This document shows positions 54,720-63,436 of a DNA stretch of 64,000 nucleotides, piece by piece. Made by a program: the position numbers and the translations under genes. The first letter of the stretch is position 1, and each line of letters begins with the position of its first letter. The notes below the pieces were generated by a model. It saw only the letters and a program-made list of their open reading frames with translations. It had not been told where the DNA came from and ran no database searches. The stretch lies in the sequence record KJ019143.1. One strand, given 5' to 3'.

Positions 54720-55947
54720 ATGTCTATAAGAACTGCTTATTACTTAATGCAAAGAAGTGGCGTTAATTATAAGGTTTCGGGATTAGATCTTATAAACAGA
54801 GACACTTCTATACTTAATGCTGGTGATGTATTTTTGGTTGAAAGGAGTGGAACTGCATACAAATTTACAGTATCACTTGATGCAGGAGGGGATGTAGATA
54901 CATCTAGCATTCAAGATGATGATCTGTTTGTTTGTTTTATTGATGGATCTGAAAAGAAAATTAATGGATTAGAGTTTAGTGCTCTAGTTAGTCCGAACGT
55001 ATGGGAAACCAAAGACAGTTGGACTCATATTATTACAGATATAGAATACGAATGGCAAAGCGTATATGGTTATGATCATGATGGTGTCTATCGATTAGAT
55101 GGAACATTAATAGCTGCTGCTGCTTCCAGCACCGAGCTCACGACTGAATCAGAATTTGTGATCACTGGTAATAGTTCTACTGTGAGTGCAGGCGGCATTG
55201 ATGTTAGAGTAGCGTGGCTTAGTAACATAGGCACAAGAACAGACTTAAGTCGTGCGTTCGAAGATCTACCCGATCTGACTTTATTTGATGGGTATTGGGA
55301 TACGACCAACGTTACAAACATGGCACAGATGTTCTACAACGTTGGACCTTTTACAGCTGACGTTAGTAGTTGGAATACATCTAATGTGACTAATATGTCG
55401 GATATGTTCTATCGCTCGGGTTGGGGTGATTACACCTTCAATGTTACAGGGCTTTCTTCCTGGGATACAACGAATGTCACATGTATGTCGTTTATGTTTG
55501 AAGGCATTGATCTAACTGAAGATATTACTGGTTGGGATGTTTCTAATGTAACTAATATGGCGGGTATGTTCGAGTTCGGTATCTTCAACCAAAACATTGG
55601 TGGTTGGGATGTTTCTAATGTAACTAATATGAGTTATATGTTCCACGAGAATAACACCTTCAATCAAAACATTTGGTTGGGATGTTTCTAATGTAACTAA
55701 TATGAGTTATATGTTCCACGAGAATAACACCTTCAATCAAAACATTGGTGGTTGGGATGTTGCTAATGTAACTAATATGGTTGCTATGTTCTATTACTAT
55801 AGTGGTGGACAATTTGCTGGACAATTCAACCAAAACCTAAGTGGATGGTGTGTAACTAACATTGGATCTAAACCTAATGACTTCGATACTAATTCTGGTT
55901 TCGCAGGTCAGACCGCCCTACAACCACAGTGGGGTACTTGCCCATAA
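54720..55947 (+). pseudogene. BspA/DUF285 leucine-rich-repeat surface protein fused to a phage structural N-terminus, split by a frameshift
   Basis: 'WDTTNVTNMAQMF' and 'WDVSNVTNMSYMF' repeats in ORFs 54720-55691 and 55702-55947. Removing one 73-nt duplicate yields a single 384-aa ORF. Confidence 0.8.
55601..55746 (+). repeat. Exact 73-bp tandem duplication
   Basis: 55601-55673 is identical to 55674-55746 by base-by-base reading. Confidence 0.92.
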
Positions 55948-56564
55948 TGAGTAAGGTTGATATTGTTATTCCTTGTCATGAGTTATATGAAATTCTTGGA
56001 GAATGTATTGAATCAGTTTTAGAAACCAAATCTCACAATCCAAATACCTTCGGTCAAGTTATTCTAGTTGATGATGACTCCTCATCAGAGGGAACACTAG
56101 AAGAATACTTCAGTGACAAATATCCTGATGTTAAATACGTCAGGAATCCAAACAGGATGTATTTTAGTGGAACTGTTAATCATGGTTCTGACTATGTTAC
56201 ATCCAAATACTTTATGATGCTAAATTCTGATACTCTAATTGAAACTCCAAATTGGTTGGAGGTTATGGTAGAGGAATATAACTCTGATGATAAGATTAAG
56301 ATTATTAGTGCAAACTTTAATGATCGCAAACCATACTTTTCTGGAGGACCATTTGTGTGTGGTGTTTGTCTTATGATGGAGATTGATTTGTTCAGACAAA
56401 TAGGAAAGTTAAAATCTGATGGTAAATTCATTCACTGGCATAGTGATAAGAAATTACAGAATGATGTACGTCGTATGGGATATTTGAATGCTTTATCCAC
56501 TGCTAAGATAAAACATTTGGGAGGCAGATCCCGCGGATATATTCCTACTGAATTGGAAAGATGA
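55947..56564 (+). CDS. Glycosyltransferase family 2
   Basis: 'VDIVIPC', 'VILVDDDS' and 'MLNSDT'. ATG overlaps the upstream TAA. Confidence 0.85.
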   Translation: MSKVDIVIPCHELYEILGECIESVLETKSHNPNTFGQVILVDDDSSSEGTLEEYFSDKYPDVKYVRNPNRMYFSGTVNHGSDYVTSKYFMMLNSDTLIETPNWLEVMVEEYNSDDKIKIISANFNDRKPYFSGGPFVCGVCLMMEIDLFRQIGKLKSDGKFIHWHSDKKLQNDVRRMGYLNALSTAKIKHLGGRSRGYIPTELER

Positions 56565-57553
56565 AAAGAGTTCTTGTGACAGGTGGTGCTGGTTTCATCG
56601 CTCACCATCTAATCTTAATGATATTAGAAACTACAGACTGGGAGATTATTAGTTTAGATAGATTAGACTTCAGTGGTAATTTGAATAGGTTATATGATAT
56701 TCTATTAGAATCTCCTCATAAGTCTAGAGTTAAGATAGTATATCATGACCTAAAGGCACCTATCAATCCATTGGTGGCATCAGATATTGGAAAGGTAGAT
56801 TATATTCTACACCTTGCTGCTGGATCACATGTTGATCGTAGTATTGAGTATCCTTTAGAGTTTGTTATGGATAATGTTGTGGGAACCTGCAACATATTAG
56901 ACTTTGCTAGAACACAGGATCTGATTCGGTTTATCTACTTTGGAACTGATGAAGTGTTCGGTCCCGCTCCTACAGGTGTAAGTTATAAGGAGAATGATAG
57001 ATACAACTCAACCAATCCATATAGTGCCAGTAAGGCAGGTGGTGAGGAACTATCAGTATCATTTCAAAATACCTATGGTGTTCCAGTGTATATCACACAC
57101 ACTATGAATGTATTTGGACAGAGACAACACCCAGAGAAGTTCATACCTATGTGTATTAAACGCATCAGGGACGGTCAAGTTGTAACTATTCATAGTGATG
57201 AGACTAAAACCATACCAGGATCTAGACACTACATTCATGCGGAGGATGTATCTGATGCTATTATGTTCCTCCTATCCTATGAGAGTGATGAGAAGTGTCC
57301 CAAGTTTAATATTGTAGGAACAGAAGAGTTGAATAACCTACAACTAGCACAGATCATTGCTGAAATTCAAGGAAAGGAATTAAACTATGAGATGGTTGAT
57401 TTTCACACATCAAGACCGGGACATGATCTTCGATACTCATTGTGTGGGGAGAAAATGAAGTCATTGGGTTGGGAACCAAAGAATATAAGAGATAGGATTG
57501 AAGAAGTTGTTGATTGGACACTTGATAATGAACGTTGGATTAGTGTGTTATAA
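56561..57553 (+). CDS. rmlB: dTDP-glucose 4,6-dehydratase-like SDR
   Basis: 'TGGAGFI', 'HLAAGSHVDRSI', 'TDEVFG', 'NPYSASKA' and 'RPGHDLRY'. Confidence 0.8.
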   Translation: MKRVLVTGGAGFIAHHLILMILETTDWEIISLDRLDFSGNLNRLYDILLESPHKSRVKIVYHDLKAPINPLVASDIGKVDYILHLAAGSHVDRSIEYPLEFVMDNVVGTCNILDFARTQDLIRFIYFGTDEVFGPAPTGVSYKENDRYNSTNPYSASKAGGEELSVSFQNTYGVPVYITHTMNVFGQRQHPEKFIPMCIKRIRDGQVVTIHSDETKTIPGSRHYIHAEDVSDAIMFLLSYESDEKCPKFNIVGTEELNNLQLAQIIAEIQGKELNYEMVDFHTSRPGHDLRYSLCGEKMKSLGWEPKNIRDRIEEVVDWTLDNERWISVL

Positions 57554-57568
57554 TAATGAGGTTAGGGG

Positions 57569-57576
57569 TATAAATA
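57569..57576 (+). promoter_or_regulatory. T4-type late promoter
   Basis: TATAAATA; GGAGG RBS downstream. Confidence 0.7.
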
Positions 57577-57599
57577 ACTAAAAATAGGAGGCTATTAAG

Positions 57600-57830
57600 A
57601 TGCTTACCGTATCAATTGTGTTTGGGGTTATCCTACTCCAAATGTTCCTCCTCCTAGGTGGTGTTATCGGGTACCTAGCTTATGGGTACCTATCAATACA
57701 AGCCTCCCAGCTACCCAATCATCCTGAATTCTACGATGAAGAAGGAAACGTACTACCAGATGAAATTCTTGCTATTCGTTTTGAGCATAGCTATGGTCAG
57801 GATGGAGAGTGGATTGGTGAAGAGGATTAA
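57600..57830 (+). CDS. Small membrane protein (DUF2973-like, from memory)
   Basis: TM helix followed by 'HPEFYDEEGNVLPDEILAIRF'. Confidence 0.7.
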   Translation: MLTVSIVFGVILLQMFLLLGGVIGYLAYGYLSIQASQLPNHPEFYDEEGNVLPDEILAIRFEHSYGQDGEWIGEED

Positions 57831-57853
57831 ACTATTACTTTTTGGAAAACATT

Positions 57854-58459
57854 ATGACAGAAGCGACAGAAACCAAGAAACCGCGTAGCGCACGAAAGGC
57901 ACGCAAACCAGCGGCACCCAAAGTCCCTACCTCCCTACCAAACAATCCTTTGATGTTTGAGATTCTTGACATGGCATCCCGTACTAGGGGTACTGAAAAG
58001 AAGGTAGATGTTCTCAAGAGATATGGGTGTGGTGCTCTAAAGGCACTATTCATCTGGAACTTTGATGAAACTGTAGAGTCTGCTCTACCACCAGGTGAGG
58101 TTCCCTACTCTGGATATGAAGAACAGCATGTATACAGTGGAACACTAACTGATAAGATTGAAGAGTCTTCACGTCAGATGTATGAGAATGGAAGTTTCTC
58201 ATTGGGTTCTACTGATGCCAACGCTAAGACTACACTAAGGGCACAATGGAAGAACCTCTATCACTTTGTTGAGGGTGGTAATGGTGGTCTATCTAAAACA
58301 CGTCGTGAGATGATGTTTATCAACCTCCTAGAATCTGTTCATCCCCTGGAAGCAGAGATCCTCATCCTAGTCAAGGATAAGGAACTTGACACCAAGTATA
58401 AGGTTCCCTTTGAGGTTGTAGAAGAAGCATTCCCCGAGATCCAATGGGGAGGACGTTGA
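57854..58459 (+). CDS. Conserved T4-like cyanophage hypothetical protein
   Basis: 'LFIWNFDE...LPPGEVPY', 'LYHFVEGGN' and 'LESVHPLEAEIL'. Confidence 0.8.
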   Translation: MTEATETKKPRSARKARKPAAPKVPTSLPNNPLMFEILDMASRTRGTEKKVDVLKRYGCGALKALFIWNFDETVESALPPGEVPYSGYEEQHVYSGTLTDKIEESSRQMYENGSFSLGSTDANAKTTLRAQWKNLYHFVEGGNGGLSKTRREMMFINLLESVHPLEAEILILVKDKELDTKYKVPFEVVEEAFPEIQWGGR

Positions 58460-58485
58460 CATAAATACAAAGGATATGTTATAAT
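58456..58485 (+). promoter_or_regulatory. Consensus sigma70 promoter overlapped by an NtcA-like box
   Basis: TTGACA (58456-61)-18 nt-TATAAT (58480-85) with TGn; GTT-N8-TAC at 58455-68. Confidence 0.85.
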
Positions 58486-58492
58486 ATCCACA

Positions 58493-58579
58493 CGTTCAAC
58501 CCACTTCGGTGGGTCGCAAGTAAGTCGCGGAACGGATTCGTTCATCCAGGAAACTGGACGCAAACGACTGAAGGAACGG
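58493..58579 (+). ncRNA. Tandem glutamine-riboswitch-like aptamers (glnA/Downstream-peptide family)
   Basis: Two copies of CGTTCA-[hairpin]-CGCAA...GGAACGG (58493-535 and 58539-579). Hairpins are ACCCAC-TTCG-GTGGGT and TCCAG-GAAA-CTGGA; P1 is CGTTC/GAACG. Confidence 0.8.
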
Positions 58580-58612
58580 GTTTTAACTAACCTCAACTTC
58601 AGGAGTACTACT

Positions 58613-58780
58613 ATGAACACTCTCGCACTCATCAAAAAGCAGATCAACAAAGCTGCCGCACTCCACAACGCTCAGATCTCTCACACCGCCTATCGTGGTG
58701 TTGAGTATGATGTTAGTTGTGATCAGTCTTCCGAGACACATGGCACTTTCTGCTACCGCGGACGCACTTATAACAAGTGA
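58613..58780 (+). CDS. DUF4278 / GifB(IF17)-like peptide, 55 aa, not in ORF track
   Basis: MNTLALIKKQINKAAALHNAQISHTAYRGVEYDVSCDQSSETHGTFCYRGRTYNK has two YRGxxY motifs; AGGAG RBS. Confidence 0.85.
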   Translation: MNTLALIKKQINKAAALHNAQISHTAYRGVEYDVSCDQSSETHGTFCYRGRTYNK

Positions 58781-58801
58781 GTCCTAACTGAATAGTGTAG
58801 G

Positions 58802-58832
58802 AAAGGGAAGGACTTGTTTCTTCCCTTTTTTT
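58802..58832 (+). terminator. Intrinsic terminator
   Basis: AAAGGGAAG/CTTCCCTTT stem plus T run. Confidence 0.85.
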
Positions 58833-58863
58833 GTGCTATAATATAAACAAGTATTCTATCATC

Positions 58864-59043
58864 ATGGACACAGACAAAGTAAAGTTTCTCATTCAATCCA
58901 TAGAGGTTCTCATTGATGAACTAAAATCAGAAGTATATGCTGAGGGTGAAACTTTTAAAGTAAGTGAAACCCAGTACTCAGAGGAATCAGAAATTCCAAC
59001 GACTATAACAAACTTTTATCCTGAAGTGACGGACGATCTATGA
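58864..59043 (+). CDS. Conserved cyanophage hypothetical protein
   Basis: MDTDKVKFLIQSIEVLIDELKSEVY; ATGA overlap with thyX. Confidence 0.7.
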   Translation: MDTDKVKFLIQSIEVLIDELKSEVYAEGETFKVSETQYSEESEIPTTITNFYPEVTDDL

Positions 59044-59792
59044 AACCAGTCAAGGCAGATACACTCCTCAAACTAGATCCTCACCAGAAGGTTGAGATGA
59101 TCCGTTGTACTCCCAACCCACAGCAACTTGTGTTTATGGGTGGTAAGAATGACTATAGTGAGTTACCTATTGAAGACACAGACATTCCTCAAGAGAAGGA
59201 GTGTGGTGAGTGGGTTATTGAGCAACTCTTAGCGAACGAGAGGGGACACTGGGGACCCCTAGAACACCCCTCTATCACCTTCTCCTGTAGTGGGTTCGTT
59301 CATAATGTTATCGTTCAGGCAAGAACCCATAGAGTAGGTATTAGTTTTGATGTACAATCACAACGATATACCTGCAAGAGAATCATAAAAGTAGCAGAGG
59401 GGAAACTATCACCCCAGTCAGTATTCTATGTGAGACCTCCTGGTTTCTATACTAATAGGAAGGGGAAGAAGTACGAATGGATAGACGCAGACTATCAAAC
59501 TCAGTTAGGTCTCTGTCAGGCTGCAGCTGAACGATTTGCTCGTCAGTTTGAGAATGGTGTATCTGAAGAACACGCTCGTGATTATCTACCACAGAATATT
59601 CGTCAGAACTTTGTAGTCACCTTTAGTCTTCGTTCTCTCCTACACTTCCTAGATCTTCGAGCTAAACTAGATGCTCAGTTGGAAATCCAAGCTCTATGTG
59701 AGGCTATGATTGAACCTACTAAGACCTGGATTCCTGAAATCTTTGAATACTACTCAGAGAAAAGACTACACAGGGCAAGACTTGCCCCCTAA
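59040..59792 (+). CDS. thyX: FAD-dependent thymidylate synthase
   Basis: 'GHWGPLEH', 'QARTHR...SFDVQSQRY', 'EHARDYLP' and 'SLRSLLHFLDLR'. Confidence 0.93.
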   Translation: MKPVKADTLLKLDPHQKVEMIRCTPNPQQLVFMGGKNDYSELPIEDTDIPQEKECGEWVIEQLLANERGHWGPLEHPSITFSCSGFVHNVIVQARTHRVGISFDVQSQRYTCKRIIKVAEGKLSPQSVFYVRPPGFYTNRKGKKYEWIDADYQTQLGLCQAAAERFARQFENGVSEEHARDYLPQNIRQNFVVTFSLRSLLHFLDLRAKLDAQLEIQALCEAMIEPTKTWIPEIFEYYSEKRLHRARLAP

Positions 59793-59820
59793 ATATTTTT
59801 ATGTCTAATGGAGGACTATT

Positions 59821-60063
59821 TTGGCGAAATTTGATGTGATCAATAAAGACACTGGGGAGACTAAAATCATTGATGTTAGTGTCCATGAAATCACCCAGTG
59901 GTATGAAGATAATAAACCTTGGGTTCGTGACTGGTCACAGGGATGTGCTGGTGGAGGTGAGATTGGTGACTGGAGAGACACTCTAAGAAAGAAAGCACCA
60001 GGTTGGAATGATGTATTGGGTGTAGCCGCCTCACAGAGAGGCTCCCGAGTCAAGAAGCTCTGA
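59821..60063 (+). CDS. Conserved T4-like hypothetical protein upstream of phoH
   Basis: GGAGG RBS before TTG; 'INKDTGE...W...N..W.RDWS'. Confidence 0.75.
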   Translation: MAKFDVINKDTGETKIIDVSVHEITQWYEDNKPWVRDWSQGCAGGGEIGDWRDTLRKKAPGWNDVLGVAASQRGSRVKKL

Positions 60064-60088
60064 TTTTTAGTATTATTGTATAGTTATT

Positions 60089-60856
60089 ATGGCCGCTAGA
60101 AAGAAAAGAACATCTGCGAACTCCAACATTGGGGTAGGACTTACTACCAAGCAGATGAAGAGGAAGAAACCAATCAATAGTGACTTCCTCACCAGAATTG
60201 AACCCATGACGGATAACCAGAAGTTGTTATTCGATGAGTATGATAAGGGACAACACATTGTTGCCTATGGTTCTGCTGGTACTGGTAAGACCTTTGTAAC
60301 CCTCTACAAGGCGTTGAAAGAAGTATTAGATGAAAGGACACCTTATGAGAAAGTATATCTCGTCAGGTCTCTTGTAGCAACCAGAGAGATTGGTTTCCTT
60401 CCTGGTGACCATGATGATAAGGTAGCTATCTATCAGATTCCATATAAGAATATGGTGAAGTATATGTTTGCAATGCAGACAGACTCTGACTTTGAAATGT
60501 TATATGGAAACCTAAAGTCACAAGAGACTCTAAGTTTCTGGAGTACCTCATTCCTTCGTGGTACTACACTAGACAAGGCAGTTATCATCGTAGATGAGTT
60601 CCAGAACCTCAACGCACACGAACTTGATTCCATCATGACTCGTGTTGGTGAGGATACTAAGATTCATTTCTGTGGTGATGCAACTCAGTCTGACCTTACC
60701 AAGGCGTCAGAAAGAACAGGTATCATGGACTTCATGGCTATTCTAGAAAGAATGCCCTCTATCAGTAAGATTGAGTTTGGTCTAGATGATATTGTTAGAT
60801 CTGGTTTGGTTAAAGAATACCTAACTGCTAAGGCAGAGTCTGGTATTGAGATCTGA
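60089..60856 (+). CDS. phoH: PhoH-like ATPase
   Basis: Walker A 'GSAGTGKT', 'EIGFLPG', 'FLRGTTL' and 'IIVDEFQN'. Confidence 0.95.
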   Translation: MAARKKRTSANSNIGVGLTTKQMKRKKPINSDFLTRIEPMTDNQKLLFDEYDKGQHIVAYGSAGTGKTFVTLYKALKEVLDERTPYEKVYLVRSLVATREIGFLPGDHDDKVAIYQIPYKNMVKYMFAMQTDSDFEMLYGNLKSQETLSFWSTSFLRGTTLDKAVIIVDEFQNLNAHELDSIMTRVGEDTKIHFCGDATQSDLTKASERTGIMDFMAILERMPSISKIEFGLDDIVRSGLVKEYLTAKAESGIEI

Positions 60857-60886
60857 TGTGGTATAATAGTATTGTCTTTACTATAG

Positions 60887-61567
60887 ATGATGCCATTTAT
60901 TCACAGCCCTATTGATCTACCAAACCTTGAGAGGTACCCTATCAACGGGGTTCGGTATTATAAAGTACCAGATGGAGATACACTACACACTCTAGTGTCA
61001 GTAACCTCTGTAACTTCACACTGGAAGGCAGACTTCTTCCGTAAGTGGAGAGCAAAGGTTGGTGAAGAGGAAGCTAATCGTATAACAAATAGAGCAACAA
61101 CTAGGGGTACAGACATGCACCTACTAACTGAACACTATTTGAGGAACGAGACTCTACCAAAGGCAAAGGTTCCTATTGCCGATCTCCTATTCAAGATAGC
61201 TAAACCAGAGTTGGATAAGATCAACAATATCATTGTCCAAGAACAGGCAATGTATAGTTTGAAACTTGGTATCGCTGGTACTCCTGATTGTATTGCTGAC
61301 TACAATGGGGAGTTATCCATCATTGACTTTAAGACATCAGCCAGACCCAAACCCAGAGCGTGGATTGAAGGTTACTTTGTTCAAGCATCAGCATACGCTT
61401 GTATGTTGTATGAACTCACAGGACTAAAGGCTAAGAACCTAGTTATTATTATGGCGTGTGAAGATGGTGAGTGTGTGGTATATGAAGAGCGTGATATAAT
61501 GAAGTACGCAAGACTACTTCACCAATACATTACCAAATTTGTAAACGACAAACTAGAGGAACTATGA
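60887..61567 (+). CDS. PD-(D/E)XK exonuclease (T4-like phage exonuclease A family)
   Basis: 'SVTSV', 'RGTDMH', 'AGTPDCIA...IIDFKTS' and 'YFVQASAYA'. Confidence 0.88.
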   Translation: MMPFIHSPIDLPNLERYPINGVRYYKVPDGDTLHTLVSVTSVTSHWKADFFRKWRAKVGEEEANRITNRATTRGTDMHLLTEHYLRNETLPKAKVPIADLLFKIAKPELDKINNIIVQEQAMYSLKLGIAGTPDCIADYNGELSIIDFKTSARPKPRAWIEGYFVQASAYACMLYELTGLKAKNLVIIMACEDGECVVYEERDIMKYARLLHQYITKFVNDKLEEL

Positions 61568-61827
61568 GCAAAGAAGAGTTTAATAAAGTATTGGAGGAGA
61601 AGTTTATCACCCCCATTCATTTCTCCTATGAGGTGGAGAAGATTGTATTGAAGGAAAAGGTTAACTATATTGATGGTATCCTCCTCTATTGTGAGAGGGA
61701 AAGTATTGAGGTAGAAGCTATTCCCAAACTGATGACTAAACCCCTCAAGGAGAAGCTGAAAATTGATGCCAATCGCTTGAACTTTATGAAGTCCAGAAAC
61801 TTCTCTATGGCAAAGTTACCACTCTGA
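61564..61827 (+). CDS. g33: gp33 late-transcription coactivator
   Basis: 'FSYEVEKIV...NYIDGILLYCE...KPLKEKLKIDA..LNFM' and synteny with gp59. Confidence 0.85.
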   Translation: MSKEEFNKVLEEKFITPIHFSYEVEKIVLKEKVNYIDGILLYCERESIEVEAIPKLMTKPLKEKLKIDANRLNFMKSRNFSMAKLPL

Positions 61828-61867
61828 TCTTTATTATTATATGATGTACATTCGAGGAACAGGCTCA

Positions 61868-62455
61868 GTGAAACCTCTAGAAGTTTATAAACTATATCTC
61901 GCAATGAAGAGGCACTTTACTTCCTCCTATGATTACTTTAAGTATAAAGGAAAGACAAGGTGCTCTGAAGCTAGCTTCAATAAGAACAAGCAGAAGTATT
62001 TCTTCGAGCGTATGAGTAGGAAGCTTAGCGACGAAGAAGTAAAACTCTACTTCCTCTCTTGTTTCTTAGCAACTGATAACCCCTCTTCTATTTGGGTTGG
62101 TGAGATCATGAGAACCGGGGAGGATAACTTTAGAGAACTAGTCAAGAGGCATCAAAGTATGTCTTACATATTCACACAGGAGTGTGAGTCAATTTTTTCG
62201 GAACATAAGCTCCCAGAGGCATTCGACGCCACAATGGGTCACCCCCCAATTTTGAAGGGATATCTACGGGGAGAGGTGAGTATTGAGACTTTAGTGATAC
62301 TCGAAATGATCTTTGGGTTCTCCAAGAACTTAGATCGTAAACTAAAAGATCCTGTATGGGACATAGTGTGTATGAAAATGAAGAAATACCGCCCGTTCCT
62401 GAATATAGAGTTAGATAAGTATAAGAAGATACTAAGAAACATAGTGTATGTCTGA
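61868..62455 (+). CDS. g59: gp59 helicase loader
   Basis: 'VYKLYLAMKRHF..YDYFKY.GK' and 'ISIETLVIL'. GTG 61868 is the likely start. Confidence 0.88.
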   Translation: MKPLEVYKLYLAMKRHFTSSYDYFKYKGKTRCSEASFNKNKQKYFFERMSRKLSDEEVKLYFLSCFLATDNPSSIWVGEIMRTGEDNFRELVKRHQSMSYIFTQECESIFSEHKLPEAFDATMGHPPILKGYLRGEVSIETLVILEMIFGFSKNLDRKLKDPVWDIVCMKMKKYRPFLNIELDKYKKILRNIVYV

Positions 62456-63058
62456 GAACAACAGAGCTATACTAAGTGATATAGATATGTTATAATAGAA
62501 ATAACTACACTCTTACTATGTGGTATGTGTATCTATATCTAAGAGAAGATAGAACCCCTTACTATGTGGGTAAGGGGACTAGAAATAGGTGCCATGCCAA
62601 AAATAGAACCTGTGAGGTTCCCCCCGCCGATAGAATTACTATCGTAAAGTATTTCCAAGATGAAGATGATAGTTACGCGTATGAAGAATGGCTGATAAGA
62701 TTATACGGAATAAAAAGAACTGGTGGAATATTAGAAAATAAAACAATAGGTAGAAGTGGTAGTAAAACTCTACATAGAACCGAAACCGAGTTCAGAGAAA
62801 GACACAAAGAGGCTATGAAGAAATATAACCAAAGTGATAAGGGGAAGAAAACACGACAAAATAATATGGAAAATATCAGAGCGAGGAAGAAAAGATATGC
62901 GGAAAATAACAAAGAAAAGGTGAGAGAATACCAGAGAGAGTGGAGAGAGAAAAATAAAGAGAAGTATAACGAATACCAAAAGAATCTAATGAGAAAGAGG
63001 AAAGGTGTGGTATAATGTATAATAAATACCAGGTAAAGCAATATAGTGTATGTCTGAG
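62441..63058 (+). repeat. 16-bp direct repeat flanking the GIY-YIG cassette
   Basis: ATAGTGTATGTCTGAG at 62441-62456 and 63043-63058. Confidence 0.85.
62518..63015 (+). mobile_element. Free-standing GIY-YIG (Seg-like) homing endonuclease
   Basis: 'YVYLY...PYYVGKG..NR', 'YEEWLI..YG' and 'LENK'. A-rich basic tail and own TGTTATAAT element. Confidence 0.8.
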
Positions 63059-63418
63059 TTTTTCGATTCCGAACAAGTACAGAAAGCTCTAAGCGAAATA
63101 GCTTTCCTACAGAATAAGGTGATGATGTTCACTGCTGTTGCTGCCTTCGCTGATGAAGAAGAACAGAGAGAGAATATCATGACACTCAGATTACTTCTGA
63201 GCAAACAGGAAAACATGTATAACAGATGTGCTCTGAGTGATAGTGAAGAAGCTAAAGAGTTAATGATAGAAGTGATGAAACACTTCTCTGAGCATGATAT
63301 TCCTACAAATCAACCAATGGGTGAAGTATTCAAAGCAATCCGTGAAAGGGTTGATGATATTGAAAACGATCTCAACCGGTTCATAGAAGAAGGGGAAACA
63401 GATCCCTGGTTCTTCTGA
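63050..63418 (+). CDS. Conserved cyanophage protein (DUF1825-like, from memory)
   Basis: 'FFDSEQVQ...EI..LQ...RLSLSD.EEA'-type sequence in the usual position between gp59 and gp32. Confidence 0.7.
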   Translation: MSEFFDSEQVQKALSEIAFLQNKVMMFTAVAAFADEEEQRENIMTLRLLLSKQENMYNRCALSDSEEAKELMIEVMKHFSEHDIPTNQPMGEVFKAIRERVDDIENDLNRFIEEGETDPWFF

Positions 63419-63436
63419 GGTGTGTTATAATATAGT

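Noticed and set aside
60887-61567. Cas4-like nuclease as evidence of a CRISPR system
   Set aside because: Standard T4-like PD-(D/E)XK exonuclease in its usual phoH-gp33 context, without the four-Cys Fe-S motif and with no array.
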